From the human T2T-CHM13v2.0 reference genome, Homo sapiens: a stretch of DNA of 64,000 bases. The notes under the pieces are model-generated. The model was not told the DNA's origin, ran no database searches, and worked only from the letters and a program-made list of their open reading frames with translations. The stretch lies in assembly GCF_009914755.1 (NCBI RefSeq), contig NC_060935.1. One strand, 5' to 3'. The position numbers and the translations under genes were made by a program. Position 1 is the stretch's first letter, and each line of letters opens with the position of its first letter. Positions 30,053 to 42,862 of this stretch are shown piece by piece.

Positions 30053-30355
30053 GGCCGGGTGCGGTGGCTCACGCCTGTAATCCTAGCACTTTGGAAGGCC
30101 GAGGCAGGCGGATTGCCAGAGCTCAGGAATTCGGGACCAGCCTGGGCAACACAGTGAAACCCCATCTCTGCTAAAATAGACAACACAAAAAATTAGCCAG
30201 GCATGGCAGCAAGCGCTTGTAGTCCCAGCTACTCAGGAGGCTGAGGCAGGAGAATTGCTAGAACCCGGGATGCCGAGGTTGCAGTGAGCTGAGATAGTGC
30301 CACTTCACTCCAGCCTGGGCAACAGAGTGAGGAGTGAGACTCTGTCTCTAAAAAA
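30053..30355 (+). mobile_element. AluS
   Basis: Full-length dimer GGCCGGGTGCGGTGGCTCACGCC... with short tail; inserted in L1M. Confidence 0.93.
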
Positions 30356-30954
30356 ACTGCAGTTAATATCACACTTAACGGAGAAATAGTATACACTTTC
30401 CTCTTGAATTTGGGAATAAGTCAGTGGTGTCCATTTTTGTAACTTAATCATTTCCAATGTACTGGAGTGCACAGGGCAATGTGTATTATTTTGTTTCTTT
30501 GTTTTTTTGGAGTGATGCTCTCTCTTTCTCTAAAGGTAGTTTTTAGTTACTATTCGGGCAGGCTCTGTGGAGTAAGTGAAAAAAATGACGTAGAAATGTG
30601 TCCTGTCTTTTCAAATTCAATGAGTTCTAAAAATTTCTAAAAATCATTTATAAATGAGTTGAATGTGAATACGTTTCTTCTCCTTAGCATTAGCGAATTT
30701 CCTATCTCTCTACCCTAGTATGGGGAATAAAAGGGTATATATGTATTGGCTTAAAAATACTTATCTAGATTTCTAATGCTTTATGAATGTATTTCTGGAA
30801 AGTTATTTTAATTAAAGAGACCCAATATTTCTTTGTGTTATATACCTGCTCAGAAAATAGAGAAACGTTGAAGTATTAATTTGCAAATGTGTATAGAAGT
30901 AGCAAATGACCTCGGCAGTGGTGAGACATCAGCCTTGTCCCATCAGTTCCATCA

Positions 30955-31065
30955 ATCCAGCCATTGACCTAAGAATGCACAAACTAAAGGAAAAAAGTCT
31001 CTTGGTCTCTTGATCCAGCCATTGACCTAAGAATGCACAAACTAAAGAAAAAAAGTCTCTTGGTC
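30955..31065. repeat. Recent 53-bp direct duplication with 5-bp junction insert
   Basis: ATCCAGCCATTGACCTAAGAATGCACAAACTAAAG(G/A)AAAAAAGTCTCTTGGTC at 30955-31007 and 31013-31065; one mismatch. Confidence 0.97.
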
Positions 31066-31544
31066 AAGAACCATTAAAAATTTCATTCCTCATGTTGGAA
31101 TTTTTCCTTTATTTTACCTAATTTTTGTGAGACATGTAAGACACTTGGTATTAATAATAATATTGCCTTATATGGGTGAAAACTAAGACCCTGAAAAATT
31201 AAGGAAATTGAGGAATCTCACAAGCAACTGGTACTTAACGAATACCATGCAGCCTAGGCCTTAGGAATACAGACTTAGAACCTGAATTCTGTTTTAAGTA
31301 CTTTGCTTGATGATGCGCAGTTGTGAACTTACCTGAGCCAATTGTCTTTTCCTCACCAGAAAGCTTTGTAGAGATGCTGATTATTTTTAGTCTAGCTACA
31401 CTTTTTTCTAAAGACTCAGATACAGTCCCTCTCTCTTAAATATATGTGTTGATATTATGTGATCATGACCACAGCTGAGATAACTGGATGACAAGCAATT
31501 CCAAAAATGGATGTCTGAAGAAGGAGCTGAGGGACACCTGACCA

Positions 31545-31772
31545 CAGTGTTACACCAAAGGGAGGTGGGAAAGTGTTGCACCCCAGCGCAATAAGAGGAT
31601 GCTTTGTTTATAGATCATTTACAAATGACAATAAAATTGACTAAAAGTACTTTTCATTATCACAATATACCAGACATCCTAAACAAATTCAAAGTCAGTG
31701 ATAAAATATTCCTTTCCTCCAGAGAAAACTGTTTCCACCAAATCCCCCATTCCTACCTTTGGTACACCACTG
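31545..31772 (+). mobile_element. MER97-like hAT-Tip100 miniature element with both TIRs
   Basis: Left CAGTGTTACACCAAAG and right CTTTGGTACACCACTG are imperfect inverted repeats (13/16); internal GCAATAAGAGG...GACTAAAAG...GTCAGTGATAAAATA. Confidence 0.75.
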
Positions 31773-31842
31773 CCCAATAGTCACATACATATTTACATTT
31801 CTTGTTGGTATCTTTTGGATTGTGTGTATTAACAGTACATAG

Positions 31843-32212
<370 letters not shown>

Positions 32213-34659
32213 CAAACTCTATTTCTTTTACCACTGTTCTATAAGAATAAGCCTCTCTGCTTCAAGAGCTTTCTGGTTCCAGCTCTGCATTGCCATATTT
32301 TAACCAGTTTTCTTTTGTATGTTTTTGTAATTAAGCAACCCTATCTGTATATACTGTTGTAAAGCTTAAATGAGGCCCTATAGAAAGTGCTTTGAATAAT
32401 CCTTTGCTTGTGAGCTCTGAACACCTTGTAGCTATCGATGTAATGATGTTTTTGATGACAATATTTTTCACCTTCAGGAAGCTTAGCAAAAGGGAAAAGG
32501 CATGGGTCAGGGGTTCTGGATTCAATTTAGTTTTGCCATTGAATAGATCTGCTCTAGTCATAATCTGTGAATTTCATGGTTTTTTTTAATCTATAGATGA
32601 TGATCATCTATTCTCTGACTACGTCTCAGGATTTCTGTGAAGATCAAATAAAATCATATATCTGAAGGTTTTTTTTTTTAATAGTTAAGATATTTAGAAA
32701 ACACAAGAAGCTGTGTCTCCTGGTCCGTGGGTTTGAGCTCTGTCGGTTATCGCACACTGCTTTTGAGAGCAGTTTGGTTTCCTGTTTTCCACAGTTAAGT
32801 CTCTAACTGTAAAATCTCCAAAATACAGGGAGATTTTGAAGGAGACACAAGAAAAATGTGTGCAAAACATAATCTACAAACAGAAATGAAGCTTTGTTAT
32901 TGTATCACTTCATGTTTAGTGGTTTCCTTTTGAAAACATTGAAAAAGTAAGCTTGTTACGTCCACCTACCCCCACTCTGTCTATGTCCACCCCTATCCTG
33001 ATGAAAGCTTTGGGCTGGGCTTACCTTTGCAAATCCTCGGAAAGCTTGCTGCTGTCTTGGCACCTTGTGCAGAGGGAGATTTCAGGGTGGTTATCTTTTG
33101 AGTTCCCCAATCCTTTAAAGAAGCTGTATTTCTAATCTGTGGCATGAAGACCTTTTGCTTATCCCGTTAGATTAAATCACAGGCCTCCTTATCAGTGCAG
33201 AGTGGAGAGAAGCCTTGCAAATTGAATATAGACTTTACCTGTGAGCAGCATGGAAAATCAGCTGAAACTAGTGCATCATTGCAAGTAACAGGCATTGTTG
33301 GTCCAGGTGTTTCTCCAACCACAGCTCACACCTGCATTCAGAATGCAATTGTGCCTCCTCTAAATTAAGAATTTAGCAACATATCAGGTTGAAATAACTA
33401 ATAGAGGAAAATCACTTATAGTGAAAGTTCTGTTGTGGTTCAAAAAAAATAACAAAGAAAATAGGTAAACTACTGAGTCATCTCACACGTAGCCAAGGAC
33501 TTTTATCTGGTCTGCTGGGGTTTTTTCCTTAAAAAGTTGTTGAGGTCTGAAGAAAAATAATACCCAAGACAAGTATCCACACTGTGTGTGATATCTCTTA
33601 ACAATTTGTATGCCCATGCTCACCTCACCATTCAGGGTAGGTAGCATGATGTTGTAAACAAAACAAAACTGTGAGATTCTTTGGTCAGTCGAACTTGAAT
33701 TCCTGGCTCCACACGTCTTTTCTGGGTAAACCTAAGGGTAAACTAACTTAGGCTTTTCTTTTGGAAAACATTGCCTATTTTTGAGTTTCTTTAAAGATAA
33801 AAAACATATGTAAAATAACAGGCTTATATTCTGATAAAGAGTAAGGGCCCTGTATATGTTTGCCTCCTCTCTTTTATTTCCACTTAGGAAGCTGTATATA
33901 GAGATACCAATTTTGTAAATCAGTAATTGGCTTGTACTTTATAATGCCACAGGGACCTCTGAGAAATTTCTTACGGACACTGTTGCATCTGATCCTCTGG
34001 CCCCTCAAGACAAAGTCAATCTAGGTTTAGAACAGTTAGAGCTCTTATAGCTGTATCCATGTGTGCCGATATTAAATGTCGACCAAAGACAGAGCACGTT
34101 GTGCTAATTGTAATACATGCACCTATAAGCATGCAAATTGGCTTTGGTCAGAACTGAAATTCCCAGCAGCCCCCAGGCCTCCTGTAAGGAAACATGTATT
34201 ATCAGATTTTCTTCAAAGGTAAAGAAGAGTCAGTTGTTAGGTGCCTGAGTTAATTACATAAAAATACCACCTGAGGCTTAATCAAGTATTTTCTGATTAG
34301 CAGTCAGTACAACAGCTCTAATCTAATAAACTGACAATCAGGGGTAATGGGAGCGGCTAGACAGGAGGGAAGACCCTTCTTTGGTGTTAGGGCCACTCTG
34401 TGACCAGTCATTGCTCAGGCTTTCTTTGTCTGGATGACCTGGTTTCCATAGTGCTGGGAGAAAGCTCAGCATAAGTAGAAATGCCTTTGAAAAAGATATG
34501 AATTGTTGGGGTGGGTCAATCCATAACTCTGAAGTCTCTGGGGCTTGGGAGGCTTAAAAGGACAGTAGTCAAGTAATGTGGGGTGAGATATCTAGACTCT
34601 TAGCTTCGGCAGTGAAGGACCACAGTGGACATCTCTCATCTGCTGCACTGATTTGTCCT

Positions 34660-35500
34660 GCACTGCACTCCTGGGGCAGTTAATACATTTCTGTCATTCA
34701 GCACCTTCTGTACTCTGCTTTGTGATTGTGGAACTTAGACTCTGAAAACCACATTTCTGCAGGAGAGATACTGCAAAGCTGAAGGAAGAATAGATTTGCT
34801 CCTGTCTGTTTTATTTCCTACAGGGTTTCTTTCTGCTTTCTGTTCTTGTGGTCATCACCCCATCAATGCTTCTTCACCTGCGCAGCAGCAGTTGTTTCTC
34901 ATAGGAGCCACTGAGACCAGTTTGTGGTATTTCCAACACTCACAGAAATCACCTTAGTGATCCTTTTCAAAAATGTCCATACCAGATATCTGGACTTCCA
35001 TCCTCAGAGGTCACGGTTTCAGGCCCACAGAGCCCCTCTTGAAATCACTCTTCTCCAAGCACCAGTCATGCAATAGAGCCTCCTCAGAGTTCTGAGTTTC
35101 AGCTCCAAGTGGTCCCTCTTCCAGGCTTTACAAAGTGCAACCTTTGGCCTTTGTTGCCCAGTCCAATCAGGATAGCTTCTTCTGGTAATTGTTGCCTTAA
35201 AATTAACTTTTAACGTTAGTCATCTGGTTAACGTTATAACTAGTTAACAATTCTTTGTAGTAAATCATTTTCATTAAAATTGCTGGTGTGATTTCTATCT
35301 CCCCTCACAGCTATAGAAATTGGTACCAAAAAACAGATAATGCAAGACCAGACTTGCAGATTTGTTTGGGAATATCTTTGAATTTGAATGTAGAGCTGAG
35401 CCTTTGCCAATGGAAAATGGGTGCCAGTAATGCATGGCATGCAGTGGCATCACAATTAACAAAACTGTCACCTGAGCTAAATGGTGATGATATACTTACT
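34660..35500 (+). mobile_element. Ancient ERVL LTR (LTR33-like) plus start of ERVL internal sequence
   Basis: LTR end ATTAAAATTGCTGGTGTGATTTCTATCTCC (~35313), followed by GAAATTGGTACC and GCATGGCATGCAGTGGCA typical of ERVL-type internal 5' ends. Confidence 0.55.
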
Positions 35501-35559
35501 TAATATTTCTGTCTTCTGATGGGACTCTAAATAATGGGTTCATATTTTGAGTCTCTTGG

Positions 35560-35900
35560 AGAGAAAACCGTAACTGCCTGTGGCTTTCCTTGGCTAGTAG
35601 GATAAAATAAAAACTTATTCCCATGGCTTTTACTTCTCTATAACATCTGGTCCCCTTCCAATGTCATCTACCCATCTGTCCTTGTTTGCAAACCTCCAAT
35701 CTTCCTCCCAGACCACCTGGAAGAAAACTCTGACCCATCTAATGGCCTTTGACGTAATGGTTCCATCCAGTTGGAACGCTCTTTACCCAGATTTTGTACG
35801 GCTGGCTTCTGTCCATTATTCAGGATGTAGGTCAAATGCTGCCTTAGCAAAAAGTCATTCCCTGACCAAAAAATTACCACGTCTATCTGGGAAAGTTGGT
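35560..35900 (+). mobile_element. L2 remnant
   Basis: GGCCTTTGAC...GTTCCATCCAGTTGGAACGCTCTT...CATTATTCAGGATGTAGGTCAAATG. Confidence 0.55.
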
Positions 35901-38127
35901 CATTACCTTGACACTTGAATATCACTCATATTAACTAAGAAAATAAATAGAATAACGTTAATTGTATTTCCAGTGAGTTATATTCAAGGGAGGATACAGT
36001 TGTATATCATTGTTTAAGTAATCAAAACTCTACTACTTAGTTCCACATGTGTCCTTTAACTTTATTTTTTGCAAATAGAAAATACTTCTTAAGGGGGAAA
36101 GGAAATTAATAGATAGTTATTATAAGATGAGCCATGATTATAAGATCATTACCAACTTAACATATATCTACTGATTTTTGCCCTGGCCATTTTTCCAAAA
36201 TGGAATTGTGCTCATTGGGGATGTTAATTGCATATAAAATGTGTAAAAGTAGCATAGGTTATAACTATAAAAGAATTGTACAATTTCAAAAGTGAATTGA
36301 AAAAGTATACATAATTAATAAACACATAAAATGTATGGAAAATGAGACATTTGGACAGGCAAAGTTGAAATGGGCATTAAAATGGTAAATCGTTAACAGA
36401 AAACACAGGGAACTAACTACTCCTCTTTGTTACAGGACAAATATGAAAACATAGATAAGCTTGCGGATGTCATTTTAATATTAATAGAAGAAATTTGCCC
36501 ACTCCTGGATAAGATAGAGGATGAAATTTTAAGTTAGAGTGTCTCCTTGCTTCATAGTTCTGGAAGCTTCTGACACCCTCTGGAAGCTCTCAGCATTCTC
36601 CAGAAGTACTTGGCAGCCTTTATAAATGTTCATCACACACCAAATATCACAATGGTTGAGAGCACTTGGAATCTTGCAATAGGCACAGCTGGGGAAAGCT
36701 GGGAGCAACAAAAGCAGGGAGAAACGAGGAAAGGTTGGCAATTAGAAAAGGAAAACACAGCTTTCTTGGCAGGTACTAGTCAGATGATACACGGTAAGAG
36801 ATTCCCTCCTCATTCGCTAAACTCAACTGCTCAGCCAGGCAACCTTTGATTCTGCCAAAAAGCCAGAATGGAATTCAGGGTGAGAAATTTGTTCCTCAAT
36901 TCTGGAAGATTTTTAGGACATAAGACTGTGGCTTGCTTTTCCCATGACTCCTTATATTCAACTAGGCATATCTCAGAGACATGTTGTATAAACACAGATG
37001 TTAAAACTTCCTGGAATACGATGTTATTTTGTTTACCTTGAGAGTGTAGACTTTTTCAGTGATCCGTGTTAACATACTGTCAGAACACAGAAAATGCTGG
37101 CCTAAGTGCTCCACCAGCCACTCCCCACTACCACGTACATACACACTTGCTATGCTTTATAATTAAATTATCTAAAGCAACTCAGTGCTCTCCATCCATA
37201 TTGGCTACTTTGCTTGGAAACCTGATGATAAGCCAGTTATTTCATCACATTAATATGAAACAGATTTAAACCAAAGTCTTCATTCCAGGTAGTCTGATTA
37301 AATTGGATTAGGATCAGATTAAAAAATTAGCTTCTGAGAGAAAACTCCCCTGAGCAAAAGGAAACAGCAGATATGTTAAGCATTCATAAAATAGGAAAGA
37401 TTTATATCTCCACTAGGCTTATTTCTTGCTTATAATATTCCATCCTATTAAAAATGGAAAATAGATTTTCTAATGTAGAAACATCCATGGAACGGCACAA
37501 AGGAAAGATAAGGGTCAAAAAGATTTTGAAGTAGACTATCTTGGGTCACATGTTTTCTCTTTTTTCTGCAACACTGGTGTAGTTGAGCTTTCAAAGCAAC
37601 TAGAGACTTGAAAATTTAGAGACACCTAAGTCATCCAAGTTTCTTTCTGAGGTCAAAGGATAGCTATTATTCATATGAAAAGAAGAATGTCAAATCAGAT
37701 AGTTTAACTCATAATACCCAAAATAGAACCTTCTATTTAGATTAATATGCCTTTAGTTCATTTATCAATTTGTTTGAATTAAAATCAAGCAATAGCCCAC
37801 CTTGTTCTCAAAGGACTTAAGATAGGTAAAATAGTGCAAGCAGTTTAGTGGATGCAGGAACTTTCAAATAGAAAAATGAAATGAAACAAGGAAATGGAAG
37901 ATGAAAAATTATGGTGGGATCAAAAATGAATTTAATACAGTAATAGTTTACTCTTCACTTGCATTAGATGGATAGCAAAGTTGGCTCCAAGCTTTCTAGC
38001 AAGTAGTGGTCATAAAGAAACATTATTATTCACATGGCTCACAGTGGCCAAAATAGAATATGAACCAGTTAGGCCAGTAAAGCAACTTTTACCTGATATC
38101 AAAGAGGACATAATTTCTCCCATGAGG

Positions 38128-38268
38128 TTTTTATTTTTTTATTATTTTTTTTAGGTTTGGAGGTAGATGTGAAGGTTTGTTACATAGATAAACATTGTCA
38201 TGGGGGTTTGTTGTACGTATTATTACATCATCCAGGTATTAAGCTCAGTACCCAACAGTTATCTTTTC
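38128..38268 (-). mobile_element. Short older L1PA 3' end
   Basis: T-tail, then GTGAAGGTTTGTTACATAGATAAAC..TGTCATGGGGGTTTGTTGTAC. Confidence 0.82.
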
Positions 38269-38489
38269 CAAATACAAAAGGAATGTCTATTCTAATCACA
38301 GGATAAGTTTCAAAGGATTGTTTCACGTAATGCTTCTCACTATAGGCTATCAGCTATCATGCTAGTTATAAACACATTAAAACACATAGTTCTAATCCAA
38401 GAGAAATTGCGGTTGAATGACATGATGCAGCCAAAGAATAAGACTGTGAGGATTCATCTCAGAACAGAGGTAGATAATACATGATTTAG

Positions 38490-38680
38490 ACCAGTGGTTA
38501 TTGCTCTGAATGAACATTAGAAAGATTTGAGGTGTTTTTAAAAATACTGATGAGCACACAGGATCCCATACAAGTTAAATCATAACCTCTATGGGTGAAT
38601 CCCACACAAAAAAGATGTTTTTAAAAGCTTTTCAGATGAGTTTAATGTGTTTCTGTCAATGATTGAAGAGAATGGATGAA
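38490..38680. mobile_element. MER5-like DNA transposon remnant
   Basis: CAGTGGTT...CATTAGAA...AAAAATACTGATG...TTTTAAAAGCT. Confidence 0.55.
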
Positions 38681-39347
38681 CTGCATAGCATTTTATCAAC
38701 ACATCATAAATTGTGCTTTTTGTCACATTTTGGAAACTGAGCCATAGTAGGTCTGAAATGCACTTATGAAAAAACATTGGAAGATAAATAAGTGGGAGGT
38801 TGTATTGCAAGATAAATAAAAAGCCATGTGCTATGGCAACTAATACTGCTGAGGGTACGATTAATGTTCTCATCTAAAACTGATGATCATGGCAAGGCTA
38901 TGCCTGCCAAGACAGACGTAGATCTTCTGTACAGAAGAAGCATCTATGGACAAAACTAAATTTTCTCTTTGGGAATGAATAGTAGTAAAACCTAATGGAT
39001 GAAAAGCTGCTGATTTCTTTCACATTGGAAAAGCACTTTTATGTCCAAATCCAGCACTCTCTGAAACGTCTATTCATTCTTCGAATTTCAAACCTCCAAA
39101 ATTTGCTCTACAGGATAAACACCACTAAGGACACTAAAGAAAGAGAAAACATATCCCCCTTGATTCCATGTCCTCTTCCAGCTACCCTCCTTTATTCCAC
39201 TTCCCAGTTCTGTAGAACTTCATAAGATTTATTTATCATAAGATTCATATTATTTATCTCTACTGCCTCACTTCTCATTCTCTATTCATCATAACCTAGT
39301 TAGGTTTTAGTATCCAATATCACACCAAAGAGGTCTGGGAAAGTCAC

Positions 39348-39900
39348 TGTGGTAGCCAGCAGCCTGCACAATGGTCCTTCATGATCCCTACATCCTGCTA
39401 TTGTGTATCCCCATGTTCTCTTCTGTACTGTACTAAGTTTGTTCTGTGTGATTAACAGCACATGGTGGAAGTGATGGCATGCCGCTTCTGAGATTGGATT
39501 ATAAAGACTGCAGTTTCCATTTTCGGCACTTGTGTTCTCTCTTTCTCTCTTGGATTTTCTCATTCTGAGATACCACACTGAGAGAACATTCAGACAGCCC
39601 ATGGAAAGCTACTCATATAGTGAGGAACTGAAGATTCAGGTCCACAGGCAGCAAGGAACAAAGGCTTGCCAATAGCCATGCAAGTGAGCATCATATGAGA
39701 CCCTCCTTGGAGAAACTTCACAAGGCTACAGCTCCAGCCAATAACTAAATTGCAACGTAATGACAGACCCTGAGTCAGAAGCACCCAACTGAACCGCTCC
39801 CAAGTGTCTGACCCTCAGAAACTATGCAAAATAATAAATGCTTCTTGTTTTAGACAAGTCGATTTTAAGGTACTTTGTAGGCAGCAATAAATAACTAATG
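39348..39900 (+). mobile_element. MaLR solo LTR, MLT1F-like
   Basis: TGTGGTAGCCAGC...TGAGATTGGATTATAAAGACTG...CTGACCCTCAGAAACT...GCAGCAATAAATAACTAAT. Confidence 0.85.
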
Positions 39901-40420
39901 TGATCAGCAACATCTTCAATCTTGCCAAATGCAACAATCATTTGTCTTCAGCAGTATTTGAGATAGTAGATCATACCTTACTTGAAATGCTTCCATGGTC
40001 TTAGATTTCAGGACACCACAACAAATCTCTTAGTTTTCCTTCATTCTCATTGATCTGTTCTTATTCTTCATTGCTGCCACCTCCTGCTCTCCTCGCTCTA
40101 TAAAAGTCAGAGTGCCTAAGCTGTTAATTTGCAAACCCCTTCTTAATCTACCCTCTATTCATAGTTTATATCCAGAACTATGGTTTAATATAATCGTAAG
40201 GCCATTGACTTTTGAATACGTAGCTCCAGTCTTAGTCTCACTGGACTAGGTCCTATATCTAACCACTACCACAAAGTCTCCTATGGGCATCTAAGGCTCA
40301 AAGTCAATATGCTTAAAGTAAAGCTGTTTCTCCCCTCATGCCTATATCTCAATTAGAACTTTCCATCTCAGTAAACAGCACCAACATTGGCCCAATTGGG
40401 AGAGATCTTTGATTCTCTTT
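39900..40420 (+). mobile_element. L2 remnant
   Basis: TCAGCAGTATTTGA...CTTGAAATGC...CCATCTCAGTAAACAGCACCA. Confidence 0.65.
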
Positions 40421-42089
40421 CTGTCTTCTTTGGCTATTCAGAGGGCTAATTGACTCTTTGAGCATGACAGCATGTGCGTAACTGAAGAAGTTGTTAGACA
40501 AGAAGAATTTTAGGTCTCACACCAGACCTACTTAACAAGAATTTGCATTTTAACAAAATTCCTAGTTGATTCATATACAAAATTATGCATGGGAAGCACT
40601 GACCTAGAGGACAAAATTCCATAGACAGTAAGCATTTGTGTTTTGAAGATCAGCATCACCTCAAGCTGCTCTTTAAAATAGGGTTTGTTTGTTTAATAAC
40701 TTTTCAAAACACTGTGTAAAGCATAATTTAGATTTTCAAATTTTCCTAAAATAAAAATGTATTGAAATCTGTTTAATAGAGTTTTTTTTTTCCCCCAAAC
40801 CAGCTAATTCATAGGACCATGAAGTTGAGTTTCTCTTTCTTAGCGCCTCTCCACCCTACCTGGCATTTCTCTCCTAGTTAGCATTTATTAACATCTATTG
40901 GGAATTCCATTCCATTTCACTGAGAAACACAGTGCCTGATAATTTCTCAATCATTATTGTTTGGTATCAGCCTTATAATTCATTTGTTCAGTCACCCATT
41001 TATTTAACAAACGTTTACTACTCTACATAGAACCTACCCTGTGCAAGACAGCCTCCTATGTATGAGAGATAAAGCAAGGTGAGTCAAAGCTCTTCCTACT
41101 TTGGAACTTTTTCTCTGAAGGCTGCAGTGTCCAGTATGATCATGACTTGGTGGAGCCACCCTCAGCCATGTGAAACTGGGGTTTAATTACATATCCCATC
41201 ATTGATGATTCTGCAAACCTCAGAAAATAGTGGATAGAAATAACCTGGGTGGCATCAGTAACTAATGCTCTTATCTCACTTCTATGTGGGGAAGTCGGGC
41301 TCTGAGATGACAACACCCCATCTTCTTTCTCATGTAGACTGTCTAGGCACCTTGTGGCTGTCTGTATCTTCTTTTCCTTCTGAATTCTGTGGCTGATCCT
41401 GATATTTCACATTAAATGGGAATAAAACATTAATGGGTCAGGAGTCTCACAAAGTTTAGTTTTTCCCTCTAAACCGCATGCCTGCCATGGGATGGTTGTT
41501 TATGTTGAATAATACATTTTGAAGCCCTCTTGGTTGCAAAATGTTTTCCCACTTATTTTCACTTGGTTGTGTATGATTATTCAAGATTTAACTTCAGCAT
41601 CTTCTCTTTTAGTAAGACTATTTTGAATCCCTACCATGGACTTCTGCTATGTTCGTGTAGCATCCTGTGTACCCTAATTACATTCACTTATCACATTAAA
41701 TTAAAATTGCCTATATGTCTTTTTATCTCTTTGATTAGACCTTAATTCTCTCAAAGGTAGAAGTCCTCATTTATTCACCATAGCAATGCCCTCTAGTTCA
41801 CTACTTAGCTCATAGTAGGCATTCATTAAGTATTTAATAACCTAAGCCAAGTAGCATATTTGTAAGCTGAAATACTATTTTTTGTTGTTGCTGTAGATAA
41901 ATTTGAACCGCGGGATTCAAATAGCATAATTTCTGGATCTCCGAATAGTTATTGAAGGTCAGTGGGGGTCATGACCTATAGGTGCCAGACAAATAAGGTA
42001 AAGGAGCTGGCTTAAGGCACAGAAGAGTGTTACAGAGGGTGGTAAAATAGGTCTAATGTTGTCACATCTTATGCCTTAAAACGAAAAGT

Positions 42090-42185
42090 TTCATAATGTG
42101 TACATATACCAAAATATCATGTTGTACACAACAAATACATACATTTTTTCTGTCAACTTTATCTCAATAAAGCTGGGGGGAAAGT
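42090..42185 (+). mobile_element. L1M extreme 3' end
   Basis: ATCATGTTGTACACAACAAATACATAC...TATCTCAATAAAGCTGGGGGAAA. Confidence 0.7.
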
Positions 42186-42438
42186 CCATAAATATGTTTT
42201 ATAATGTAAAGTTAAGCCATTTTTTAATGCTTTATAAAATACTGTGTAGAATAAACAAGCTGGTGAGACCTTTCAGTGGATTTTTTTTTGAAGGTACCCT
42301 TTTTTTATACTGCAATTTTTCTTTATATCAAATATAAATATTCATGGTAGGAAAATTAAAAATCTGCAAAGCCCAAATAAAGATATAAAAGCACCCATAA
42401 TACTTACCACCTAGACCTATATACACCTGCATATTATA

Positions 42439-42439
<1 letters not shown>

Positions 42440-42473
<34 letters not shown>

Positions 42474-42480
42474 CATACAC
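42440..42480. repeat. (TA)n/(TACA)n microsatellite
   Basis: Direct reading. Confidence 0.9.
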
Positions 42481-42559
42481 AGACACATTCGACAATACAT
42501 AATGTAAAACAAATTTCAGTTTTAGATAGTTCTGTTTTCCTTTAAAAATTCAGACATGA

Positions 42560-42862
42560 GTCTGGGCACAGTGGCTTACACCTGTAATTCCAGCATTTTG
42601 GGAGGCCAAAGCAGGAACATCATTTGAGGTCAGGAGTTTGAAACCAGCCTGGCCAACTTGGTGAAACTTCATCTCCACTAAAAATACAAAAAATTAGCCG
42701 GGCATGGTGGTGGGTGCCTGTAATCCCAGCTACTTGGGAGGCTGAGGCGGGAGAATCGATTGAACCTGGAAGGCGGAGGTTTCAGTTAGCCCAGATCAGG
42801 CCACTGCACTCCAGCCTGGGAGACAGAACGAGGCTCCGTCCTGAAAGAAAGAAAAAAAAAAA
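42560..42862 (+). mobile_element. AluS with TSD
   Basis: Full-length dimer; flanks AAAAATTCAGACATGA / AAAAATCAGACATGA. Confidence 0.92.

Noticed and set aside
31325-31340. Perfect minus-strand donor CAG|GTAAGT
   Set aside because: Lies in a MIR-like remnant with no convincing acceptor upstream.
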